This document shows positions 37,886-48,560 of a stretch of 64,000 nucleotides of DNA, piece after piece (within the stretch, counting starts at the first letter, position 1; each line of letters opens with the position of its first letter). The stretch is taken from assembly GCF_963921235.1 (NCBI RefSeq), contig NC_086100.1:30566001-30630000 (forward strand). The letters are read 5' to 3'. The notes below the pieces were generated by a model. The model did no database searches. It was not told where the DNA came from and saw only the letters and a list, made by a program, of their open reading frames with translations. The translations under genes were made by a program, and so were the position numbers. This DNA comes from Mobula hypostoma. Its lineage: Eukaryota.

Positions 37886-38284
37886 CGCCTCTTCCTAGAG
37901 ATGCTGCCTGGCCTGCTGCGTTCACCAGCAACTTTTATGTGTGTTGCTTGAATTTCCAGCATCTGCAGAATTCCTGTTGTTTGCCCAACCACTCACCTTT
38001 GGGTAATTCATAATGGTTGGAACAAGTGTCAGACTGGCATGGTTAAGGTTATGTAAAGCACCTGTTTACACGTGAAAATTTTGCGGCATGATCTGTACCT
38101 GCATTCATACACTTTTATGGCAGACAGAAGCAAGAAAACTGGAAACTAGATAAATCGGTTTATCCTTGCCACATGTATTGATGTGCAGGGAAACAATTTG
38201 TCTTGCTTGCTGTTGATGTAGATCAATTCATTGCAACATTGCATTGAGGAAACACAAGTTAAGTCAACAACAGAATACAAAGTG

Positions 38285-38448
38285 TCAAACGAGGAAGTCT
38301 TCAGATGCTGGAAATCTGAGCAATATACGCAAAATGCTGGAGGAACAGCAGGCCAGGCAGCACCTATGGAAAAGAGTACAGTCGACATTCGGGGCCAAAA
38401 TCCTTTGGCAGGACTGGAGAAAAAAGGCTGAGCAGTAGACTTGAAAAG
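38285..38448 (-). mobile_element. Old PLE terminal fragment with decayed hammerhead
   Basis: cagatgctggaaatctgagcaatatacgcaaaatgctggaggaac...cagtcgacattcggggcc...caggactgg. Confidence 0.7.
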
Positions 38449-38687
38449 TTACAAAGTGGTACAGTTACCGAGAAAGTGCAGTTCAGGTAAATAGTAAGAT
38501 GCTAGGTCATAATGAAGTAACTTGTGAGATCAGGTTAAAATAAGTATCACATCTCTAGAAATGATGGATTGCATGGACAAAGCTTGTATAAAAACCATAT
38601 GATCTGAAGCACTAACCTTGGTAATGACATAGAATCCAGCTCAAATGCATAAATAAAAAGAATAACTCCCATTTAAGCAGTAATCAG

Positions 38688-39570
38688 AATATTGGTATTG
38701 GTTTACTATTGGCACAAGTACAAAGGATACAGTGGAAAGCTTTTGTCTGCGTGACATCCAGGCTGGTTATGCCCTACAGAGGAATGTGAGGGAAGTAAAC
38801 AGTAAAAACAGAAATGCAGACTATAATGTTACATCTACATAAAAAGCACAGTGCAGGTACACAAATAAAGGTAGATCAGGAGATCAAGAGTTCATCGTTA
38901 GTGAATGAAAGGTCCATTCAAGAGCCCGATAACAGTAGGGTAGAAGCTGCCTTCGAGTCTGGTGATGTGCGTTTTCAGAGCTTTTGCCTGACAGGAGAGG
39001 AGAGGAGAGAGAATGACTGGGATTGGCGAGATGGGAGGGGTCCTTAACTCTGCTGGTTGCTTTCCCCAAGGCAAAATGAGGTGTGCATGAAATCAATAGA
39101 TGGAAGCTGATTTGCATGATGGACTGAGCTGTGTTCACAACTGTCTGCAATACCAAACTATGATACATTTTAATAGGATGTTTCCTATGGCGCATCTGTT
39201 AAAACAAATTATAAGAGTCATTGAGGACACATTGAATTTCCTTAGTCTTGAGGAAGTAGAGGTGCTGGTGTACTTTGTTGACTGTAGCATCAGTGTGGCT
39301 GGATCAGGACAAATTGTTGGTGATATTTACACCAAGGAACTTGAAGCTCTCAATCAACCATCTCCACCTCAGTACTACTTAACACTTACAGGAGTACGCA
39401 CACCACTGGACTTCCTGAAGCCAATGACCAGGCTTTATGCTTCGCTGTCCACCTCGGCATTGTTTGAGATCTGGCCCACAACAATGGTGTCATTTGAAAA
39501 CCCCTAGTGGAGCTAGAGCAGAATTTGGCCACAAATGTGTGTGTGCATAGGAAGCACAGTAAGGGGCTAT
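38688..39570 (-). mobile_element. Decayed Rex1/Babar-type LINE fragment
   Basis: LQTVVNTAQSIM...VKDPSHLAN remnants; aaggaacttgaagctctc (FKFLG reverse complement). Confidence 0.65.
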
Positions 39571-39904
39571 AGTGAGGAAAGAGAGGCCCAGAAGTTACTT
39601 ACATTCAGAATAGTTGAATGTATTCTTCTTGGTCTTTGTAGAATGCATAACTACGACTTGTACAGAGGTTGTTATACGCATCACTAAAAGCCAGCATTTG
39701 TTTACATATTTAGCACAGTGTAGGCCATTGCTTTGCACTGCTGTAACTATATGTTATAATTATGTGGTCTCGTCAGTGTCAGTCTTTGGTTTGTCCTGTT
39801 TTGTTTTGCGATATCACTCTGGAGGAACATTGTATCATTTCTTAATGCATGCATGCATTTCTAAATGACAATAAACGAGGACTGAGTGTCCTCATAATCT
39901 AATC

Positions 39905-40150
39905 GAATTCTGGTCCTTCAAGCCATGCTGCCCTAGCATCCCCGCAACCCTGATTAGGCCTAACCTCATCATAGGACAACTTGCAATGACCAATTAACCT
40001 GCTAGGCATCTCTTTGGACTGTGGAGGAAACCGGACGACCCAGAAAAAACCCCAGGCATTCCACAGAACGACACCAGAATTAAACTCCGAACTCCAGAAT
40101 GCCCTGAGCTGTAATAGCATCATGCTAACTGCTACACTACCACAGCAGCC
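39905..40150 (-). mobile_element. V-SINE/HE1-like SINE
   Basis: gaccaattaacctgctaggcatctctttggactgtggaggaaaccgg; gctaactgctacactacc. Confidence 0.7.
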
Positions 40151-40344
40151 AACATATAGGAGTAACAATGGTTGGAGAGGTGAACTGAATGTTGGCCTTT
40201 ATTGCATTCAGGGTTGAACATAGAAAAGATGTCTGACTACAATTGTATAGGGTCGTGGTGAGACTGAACACCGTGCATTGTGTTTGGCTTTGGTCTCTTA
40301 ATCTCTTAAGGGAGTGAAGCAAAAATTCATTCTACTGGAATCTC

Positions 40345-40662
40345 ATATTAGATTCCTTCTTCTTCAGACCTTTACCTTTCCACCTATCACCTCCCGGTTT
40401 CTAACTTCAACCCCTCCCACTTCGACTCAGCCAGCCACCTTCCCCTTCACTTGTTCTCACCTGTCACCTGTCAGCTTGTGATCCTTCCCCTCCCCTCTGT
40501 CACCTTATTCCAGCTTCTGTCCCTTTCCAGGTCTAATGAAGGGTCCCAGCCCAAAAAGTTGACTGTTCCTCTATATCGATGTTACCTGACTTGTCGAGTT
40601 CCCCCAGCATTCTGTGTGTGTTGCTCAAGATTTCCCGCATTTGCAGCTTCTCTTCTGTTTCT
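40345..40662 (+). mobile_element. Old PLE pLTR nested in a CR1 fragment (~40160-40820)
   Basis: CT-rich tract; decayed hammerhead gtctaatgaagggtcccagcccaaaaagttgactg; tail gtgtgttgctcaagatttcccgcatttgcag. Confidence 0.7.
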
Positions 40663-42857
40663 TCACTCACTGAATCTTTGGAGTTCTATAGCCCAGAGAG
40701 CTGTGCATTCAGTCAGTAGGTTCATTTAAAACTGAACTCAGTAGATTTGTGCATTTAAGAGAAATTAAGGAATATAGATATAGTTCTAGAAAATTGCACT
40801 GAGGAAGATCACCTCTGATCTTAAGTGGCACATTTTGCCCACTAGCACCTTTTTCAGAATGTTCTTTATTTTAGGCTTTAATATTTGGAAGTAACATGAA
40901 TTTATTAAACCAGAGTTAACGACTATCAAAAATTCCTTAGTGTTCCTCATTAATATTGCAATATTAGGTTTTAAAAATGTATTTAAACTACCCATTATTA
41001 TGTGTATATAGAAAATGTTCATTCTGAACATGCTGTTAATAAGATAAGCAACCATTCTAGTACCCCTGAGATCATGCTAGCTTTAACCTCTACTTAGAGC
41101 TGATTTCCTGTTGCTAACACATTAACCCATGGAGTACAATTACAGTGTTTGAAGTTACATACAGGCTAATTGCATTTCCTATATTCCCCAGTGCAATGAG
41201 GAATCCATCAACTTTTCATATGAATTGTTACCCAACAAAACAAGAGAGGCCACAAATAAAACTTATTTACTGCCAATATCTTTAAATTTAACAAATGTCT
41301 CACTTTAGATCTGAATGTAAGAAACGTGGCCGCAGTCTTCAATGAGGCTAGAACATCATCTCCCAGCTCATAAGATTGTTTTATTTATGCATTTGAGAAG
41401 TTTCCATGTTAATGTTTTCAAAACAAATAGGCAGCATCATCTGGGTGAAGTATAGCATGACCTTTCACTTTTACCCCCTGACCCCACCTCCAGCTTCCCT
41501 ACTCTAGCTGACCTTGGGAATGGAGGCTAAGTGCCCTGGCCTTGTGATGGATGTATCTAAAGATTCGTGTCTCTGACCTCAGACTGGGGCTCAGCTACTG
41601 GGGTCATTAAAGTTGCTTCCTGGCCCCAGGCTCATGTCATTAAGTTCACTGATTGCCTCAGCTTTTTCCAGCTCTTCTCCTCAATCCCATTATCTTCCAG
41701 TGTTCAGGGAATACAGATGTTTCTAACAAGTGGCTTATAATTAATTAACAATTGTTTAAAATGAGAAAGTCCTCTTGTTGGTCCATTAATGTGTCAGACT
41801 AGTGTTTTCAACAAGTTTTACCTAGTACTTTAAATATTGATGTATTACAGGCACAACTTGAAATATTGTTTTAAACATGATTCCTTTCAAAATTGGCAGA
41901 ACCCAGAAAACTACTGCTTTGCCCCCAGAGTAGCATTTCAATGGAGCAGACACTTCCTGTTCATTCTCTCTGTACAGAATTCCCAATCCTTACATAACAA
42001 TTAAGTGCAAACTCCTGGTTTAAGTGTAAAATATTCCCTAATTATCCTTTATTTAGTGTCCAGCCTCACTCAATCAGTTGCCAAATGTTGCTGGAGACAC
42101 TGCCATGTTAGCCCACATCTGCTGGTCTGGACAATATCTGCTTGTCTTCAGTCTTTGACTGTAGCTGTGTAATTAAGTTGGCCTTTGGAAAACCAGTGAT
42201 TTGTGTCTGCAATTCATAGAAGTTCTTATTTATACATATAAAAATATACAGCATGAATGTCTTGTGGAAATAAATTAGATTGCATTGGTGCTGGGAAGGG
42301 TATCAGTAGGATCAATAACTGTCCCTTCTCATCTGTGACCTGACCTGTGTTGGCGTGTATGTGAAACCGATCCCATCAATAACAATTTAAACAACTCTGT
42401 GAAATGAGGAACCTGATACCTAACGCAAACGTATAGGCTTCCAAACTGAGTCTTACACCAGGAACTTCACACATTGAGAGCTGTAATTCTTGTAGCAGCT
42501 TTGTACATTGAGAACTCAGATAACAGATTCACACAGCATTAATACATACCTCTTTAATGGAATTCGTAAACTAACAGCTTGCATTTATATGGCATCTTTA
42601 ATATAACCATTTCACAGGACTGTTGTCAGACAATGTTTTATGATCAGTCACATGTGGAGAAATATTAGAAGAGACTACCAAAACTTAGTCATAAATAAAA
42701 GGTTTTAAGTAACCACATAGTGGTAACAAGTCAAAGGGTCTGCAAAGGAATGCCCAGACATAGGGACTAGGTAGCCAGATGGATGATGATCACTGCTGGA
42801 GTGAAGTAGACAGCAAAACAAGTGACCATTGAATGGGAAGGTCTTTAATCAGATGCT

Positions 42858-43210
42858 ACAACATACAAGATGCTGGAGGAATGGCATCTCTGGAGGAAAA
42901 TGGACAGTCAATGCTTTAGGTCAGATCCTTCATGCGGACTGAAACATCTCAACCTGAAGCGTCAAACTACTCCTCATCTTTTTTTCTCCAGTCCTGCTAA
43001 AGGGTCTTGGCATGAAATGTCAACTGTTTATTCATTTCCACAGATGCTGCCTAGCCTCCAGCATTTTGTGTGTGTTGCCTGGATTTCCAGCATCTGCAGA
43101 TTTCTCTTGTTTCTAAAGGCTCAGTTGTACATTTTCTTCCATAGGTGCTGCCTGATCCACTAAGTTCCTTCAGTATTATGTGTTTGGCTCGAGATTTTAA
43201 CATCTGCCTC
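42858..43210. mobile_element. Cluster of old PLE termini (inverted arm + sense end, nested)
   Basis: Decayed hammerheads on minus (~42905-42941) and plus (~42989-43026); tail tgtgttgcctggatttccagcatctgcag. Confidence 0.65.
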
Positions 43211-43787
43211 CTTAAAGTATGTCTCCTTAAAGAAGAAAGTTTTAGCAATGATATAGAGATAAGGAGGTATGAGACCATTGAGGGTTTGAAAACAAGGGTG
43301 ACAATATTAAAACAAAGGTGTAGCTGGACTGGGAGTCACTGTGGATCAGAGAAGTCAGGGTGATGGCTGAACTGGCTTGGTATGAGAAAGGATACAGATA
43401 GGCATACAGAGAGGTATGTAAACCTGGATAAGTCTGAAGTAGAGAAGCGTAACTGGGGAAAATAGCATGGATAAAGCACATCAAAGCTCACTGTGAATAT
43501 GAGAACTGCACAGAATACAAACTTGCACTGTTGTGTTAGATTCACAGCTAGAAAGCATTAATCCAGGATAAGAGATTCACAAATTGAGAACATCGACTTT
43601 TCTATAATGCACTTACAATACAGACTTGCTTTAAATATTTTTCATTAATTTATTGAATTTGAACCCACCCTGTTTTGTGCGATTTGAACGTTTAGACTCT
43701 TACAAGATTAATTCCATTATAATTTCATGATGAATTTGGAGAAATATTCATTTTATCCCATGGGAATTGGCCTAGCCTGAAACCAAA

Positions 43788-44880
43788 ATTCCAGAGTACT
43801 GGAAAATTGCAAATGTCACTCCACTCTCTAAGAAGGGAGGGAGGTTGAAGAAAGGAAATTGTAGGCTAGTTAGCCTGACTTCTGTGGTAGGGAAGATGTT
43901 GGAGTCCATTATTAAGGATGTGGTTTCAGAATACTTGAAGGCACATAATAAAATAGGCAGAAATCAACATAGTTCACTTTAGGTGAAATTTTGCCTGATA
44001 AATCTGTTGGAATTCTTTGAGGAAATAACAGACAGGATAGACAAAGGTGAGTCAGTGGATGTTGGTTATTTGGATTTTCAGAAGGCCTTTGACAAGGTGC
44101 TGCACATAAGGCTGCTTAGCAAGATACGTATGAGCACATAATATTACAGGGAAGATGCTAGCATGGATCCAAGGTTGGCTGACTGGCAGGAGGCAAAGAG
44201 TGGGAATAAAGCCGACCTTTTCTGGTTGGCTGCTGGTGACCAGAGTTCCGCAGTGGTCGATGTTGGGACCACTTCTTTTCATGTTATATGTCTATGATTA
44301 GGATAATGGAATTGATGACTTTGTGGCCAAGTTTATGGATGATACAAAGATAGATTTAGGGACAGGTAGCGTTGAGGAAGTATGAAATCTGCAAAAGGAC
44401 TTATACATATTGGGAGAATGGGCAAAGATGTGGCAGATGGAATATAGTATCGGGAAGTGTTTAGTCATGTACTTTGTAGAAGCAATAAAGGCATAGACTA
44501 TTTTCTAACCAGGGCAAAAATTCAAAAATCAGAGGTGCAATGTTAACTTGGGCATTGAGTACTTGGTAAAGAAGGCCAATGCAGTGTTAACACTCATTTC
44601 AAGGGGACATGTATGTAATGCTGAGGCATTATGAGGCATGGGTCAGACCACATGGAATATTGTGAGCAGTTTTGAGCCCCTTATCTAAGAAAAGATGTGC
44701 TGGCATTGGAGAGGGTCCAGAGGAGGTTCATGAGAATGATTTTGGGAATGAAAGGGTTAACATATGAGGAGCGTTTGATATCTCTGGGCCTGTACTTGCT
44801 GGAGTTTAGAAGAACGAGGGTAGATCTAATTGAAACCTATCGATTATTGAAAGGCCTAGATAGGGTAGATGTGGAGAGTT
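43788..44880 (+). mobile_element. CR1 RT fragment
   Basis: WKIANVTPLSKKG; YLDFQKAFDKV; KFMDDTK (FADD site); LERVQRRFMRMI...RVDLIETYRLLKG. Confidence 0.88.
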
Positions 44881-44882
44881 TG

Positions 44883-45300
44883 CGTCACAAGAACGGATTC
44901 GGCAGCACAGTAGATGTAGCAATTGTGCTTGTGAATTTACATGTGTCAGCTAATTATTATTTAATTGTGATAGTATTTAACTCCATACTTGTCGTGGTGG
45001 TGCTTGTCGAGACTTGGACAGAGCACAGCAACACTTCGCTGCCTGTTTGCTTTCAGCCTTCCCTGAGAAATTGGACTTTCAAGTCAACTGACTCTGAAGA
45101 CTAGCGGTATTCGTTTAATGTTTATATTTTCTTTTCAGCCGCAGTGTAGGCTTCGTTTCCCATTTCAGAGTTTTAATTAATGGCCCTACTAGGCCTAGCA
45201 TTTATTGTTTATTTTCCCTTTGACACTGTTCACACTAAAATTTGTGAACTATCAACCTGCTTCAGTGTCTCTCACTTCGCACTTGGGCCATATCCAGTTA
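44883..45300 (+). mobile_element. Probable LTR remnant (Gypsy-like)
   Basis: Abruptly terminates the CR1; starts (t/c)gtcacaag; TATA-like gtatttaa; U5-like ...gtgtctctcacttcgcacttggg. No intact 3' CA terminus seen. Confidence 0.4.
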
Positions 45301-45399
45301 TTTGTCTTATATTTGGAGGCTTGTAGGACCCTGAAGATGTTTCAAATTCCAGCATGACAAATGAAAAATTTTATTCACATAGGTAAAAACCTGGAATTA

Positions 45400-48060
45400 A
45401 AATCATTCGCATTAATGGCGATGGAGTATTCTAAAAGTGTTGTATTCTGGGCTTCATGAAGGGAAATCAGAAATTGCTGTGTTCTGCATTTCACAGAGAT
45501 GTGGCTCACTCTGGACATGTAGTATATGTCATTAAGGCTTGGGGCTTTCTCAAAGCACAGGATGGATTGGACTGAGAAGGCAAAAGTTTGGGGTCTGTGT
45601 TTCATGATAAATTCTTTGTGATGCATAGAAACAGCAGTCTTGTTGCACTCTTGTTCCTCCGACCTGGAACATCGAACGATTAAGTTGCAACTGTTTTGCT
45701 TACCAAGAGTTCTGTTCCGTGATCCTGACGGCAGTTTACATATTATCAAAGAGAGATGCTAAACAGGCACTCAAAGTATTGAATGCTGCCATCAGCAAAC
45801 AAGAAACAGCCTACCCTGATGCCTTCCAAATCATTGTCAGGGACTTCAATCTGGTTTGTTTAAAGAAATCTCTGCACCATTATCATCAACATATAACCTG
45901 CAGCACTAGGGGTCCCAACACACACTACTACTGCTTTACTACAATTAGGAATGCCTACTTTTCCGTCCCTAGACTGCATTTCAGGAAATTTGATCACTTA
46001 GCTGTTTCCTTCTACCTACATACAGACAAAGGCTAAAGAACAAGACTCCAGAGATAAGGACAGCAAAAAGGTCGTTAGACAAGGCAGAAGAACAGCTACA
46101 GGATTGCTTCAAGTCAATAGACTGGCCCATGATCAGGGATTTATCAGAGGATCTGAACAAATACATCATGGTTGTCAGGGACTTTATAAAAAACAGTTGT
46201 AGAAGAGTGTGTCTCCACAAAATCATTCAGTCTTCCCCTAACAGAAGCCTTGAATGAACAATGAGATCTACAATCTGCTGACGACCAGGTCATTGCCATT
46301 CATGTCTGGCACCCAAATAAGGTACAAGAGGTCCGGATACGATCTCTGTAAAGCTAAGTGGCAATTCCAGACCAAACTTAAACCACTAAAGGATGCTCAA
46401 CAGCTGTGGTAGGGCTGGAATGCTATTATCTCTTACAAAGTGAAAGCAAGCAGCATAGGTGACAGCGAGGCTTCACTCTCACATGTGTTCAATGCCATCT
46501 ATGCTTGCGTTCACCATCAAAGGATTGAGGAACCATCACAAACTCCCAAAGCTCCCGCTGACCCTATGGTCTCATTCTCTGAGGCTGATTTAAGAGCGTC
46601 ATTCAAGAGGGTGAACCCATGGAAAGCATCTGGCCCAGAATGGATTACTCAGCTGTATACAAAGACCTGTGCTGATTGACTGGCAGGAGTCTGAGGCACA
46701 CAGCTGCTTCAAGAAGGCTTCAATTATACCCATGCCTAAGAACAAAGTGGTAACCTGCCTCAGTGACAACTGACCAGTAGCTCTTAAGTCCACTGTGACG
46801 AATGCTTTGAGAGGCCGGTGATGAAACATCAACTCCTGCCTGAGAAGAAACTTGGATCCATTCCAATTTGCCTACCAGAGCAACAAGTCCACAACAGATG
46901 CCATTTCATTGGCTCTTCACCCAACCCTGGAACATCTGGATAATGAAGGTGCATACATCAGGATGCACACCATCAACTGCAGCTCAGCATTCAATACTAT
47001 TATCCCCTCAAAACTAATTGATAAGCTTCAGGACCTTGGCCTCAATACCTTTTTGAGTTATTGTATCTTTGATTTCCTCACTTCAGTCTGTTCAGATTTG
47101 CAAGAAAATCCCTTCCACAATCTCCATCAGCATAGGTGCACCACAAGACTGTGTGCTTAGCCCCCTGCTCTACGTGCTTTATACTTATGACTGTGAAGCA
47201 AAGTTCAGCTCCAATGCTGTATTTAAGTTTGCTCTCAACACTACTGTCATTTGCCACATCAAAGTTGGTGACAAATCAGAATATAGGAGGGAGATTAAAA
47301 ACCTAGCTGTGCGCTGCTGTGACAGTGACCTCTCACTAAATGTCAGCAAGACCAAGGAGCTGATTATTGACTTCATGTGGAGGAAATGGGAGGTCCATGA
47401 AGCAGTCCTTATCAGTGGATCAGAGATGGAGAGGGTCAGCAACTTTAAATTCCTTAGTGTTATTATTTTGTTGGATCTCTCCTGGGTCCAGCATATAAAT
47501 GCCATTACAATGAAAGCATGACTGATCCTCTACTTTATTAGAAGTTCGCAAAGATTTGGCATGACATCTAACACTTTGACAAACTTCTATGGATGTGTGG
47601 TAGAAAATCCTACAAAAAGAAATGGATATGGCCCAGTCCATCCTGGGTAAAGCCTTCTCCACCACTGAGAACTTCTGCACGGAGCTCTGTCACAGCAAGT
47701 CAGCATCCATTATCAAGTACCCCTACCATACAGGTCATGCTCTCTTCTCACTGCTGCCATCAGGAAGGTGGTACAGGAGCCTCAGGCCCCACACCACCAG
47801 GTTTAGGAACAGTTATTATCCCTCAACCATCAGACTCGAACCAGAGGGGATAACTTCCCTCACCTTCACTCGTTCCATCATGGAATTGTTCCCACAAGCT
47901 ATGTATTTGCACAGCTTGTTGTCTTTTGCACATTGGCTGTTTGTCTGTTCTGTTGGCTGTGGTCTATCATTGATTCTATTGAGTTTCTTTGATCTACTGT
48001 GTATGCCTGTAAGCAAATCACTCAGGTTGTAATTGGATAATGAACTTACTTTGAACTTGG
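45400..48060 (+). mobile_element. Near full-length decayed Rex1/Babar-type LINE (APE + RT)
   Basis: APE: ILTAVYI, IIVRDFN, HITCSTRG, KFDHLAV. RT: DPFQFAYQSNKSTTDAI, GAPQDCVLSPLLY, LNVSKTKELIIDF, FKFLSV. C-terminus HALFSLLPSGRWYRSL...RFRNSYYP; tail ctttgaact. Confidence 0.9.
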
Positions 48061-48269
48061 AAATTTTGGTTTATCAATGGTCTTCGAGGAAGGATATCTG
48101 CCACCTTTAACCAGTATGGCTCTTGAGTTGCTTTACAAACCCTAAAACCAACTAAGCTTTAACAGTCTCCTGAATTGGTCTAGCAAGTCACTCCAGAATG
48201 GATAATAAACAGTGCCTTGCCAGCTACATACACATCTCTTGAACAAAAATATTTTAAAAATCCTGTGGG

Positions 48270-48560
48270 CAGGATGTGGTCTGAAGCAAGGTCCAGCAAA
48301 TCAAAGAAGTGGAGGAGGTGCCAAGCCCTGGGTCAGCAGGAGTACAATACTTTCTGGGGTTCATTAACTATCTGAAGAACTGAATGAGACCTGTGGTCTA
48401 CTCAGACCGTTGACCAACAAGCATGTGGAATGGTGGCTGCTTGGATAATCGTGGGCGTGCTGCCAAAGACATCAAGGAAAATACAGTTGTGTTGTGATAA
48501 TTTGAAGATAACAAAGTGCTGACAATTCTGGAAGATGACTCAGAAAAGTGGGTTGGAGAT
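48270..48560 (+). pseudogene. Highly decayed Gypsy-type pol remnant (RT-RNaseH linker); possible PPT + LTR from 48781
   Basis: Manual translation with frameshifts gives KEVEEVPSP..GVQYFLGFINYL..CGLLRPLTNKHVEW..VLTILEDDS, resembling GVQRFLGxxNYL..CEPLRxLT..TIQxDAS; gaaagaaaaaa|tgtaat at 48781-48797. Confidence 0.5.

Larger units (their letters stand above)
37437..37985. mobile_element. Palindromic non-autonomous mini-PLE with two opposite-polarity hammerheads
   Basis: TSD caaccactcac at 37426-37436 and 37986-37996; arms 37434-37658 and 37717-37941 are reverse complements; unpaired PLE tail at 37942-37985. Confidence 0.9.
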
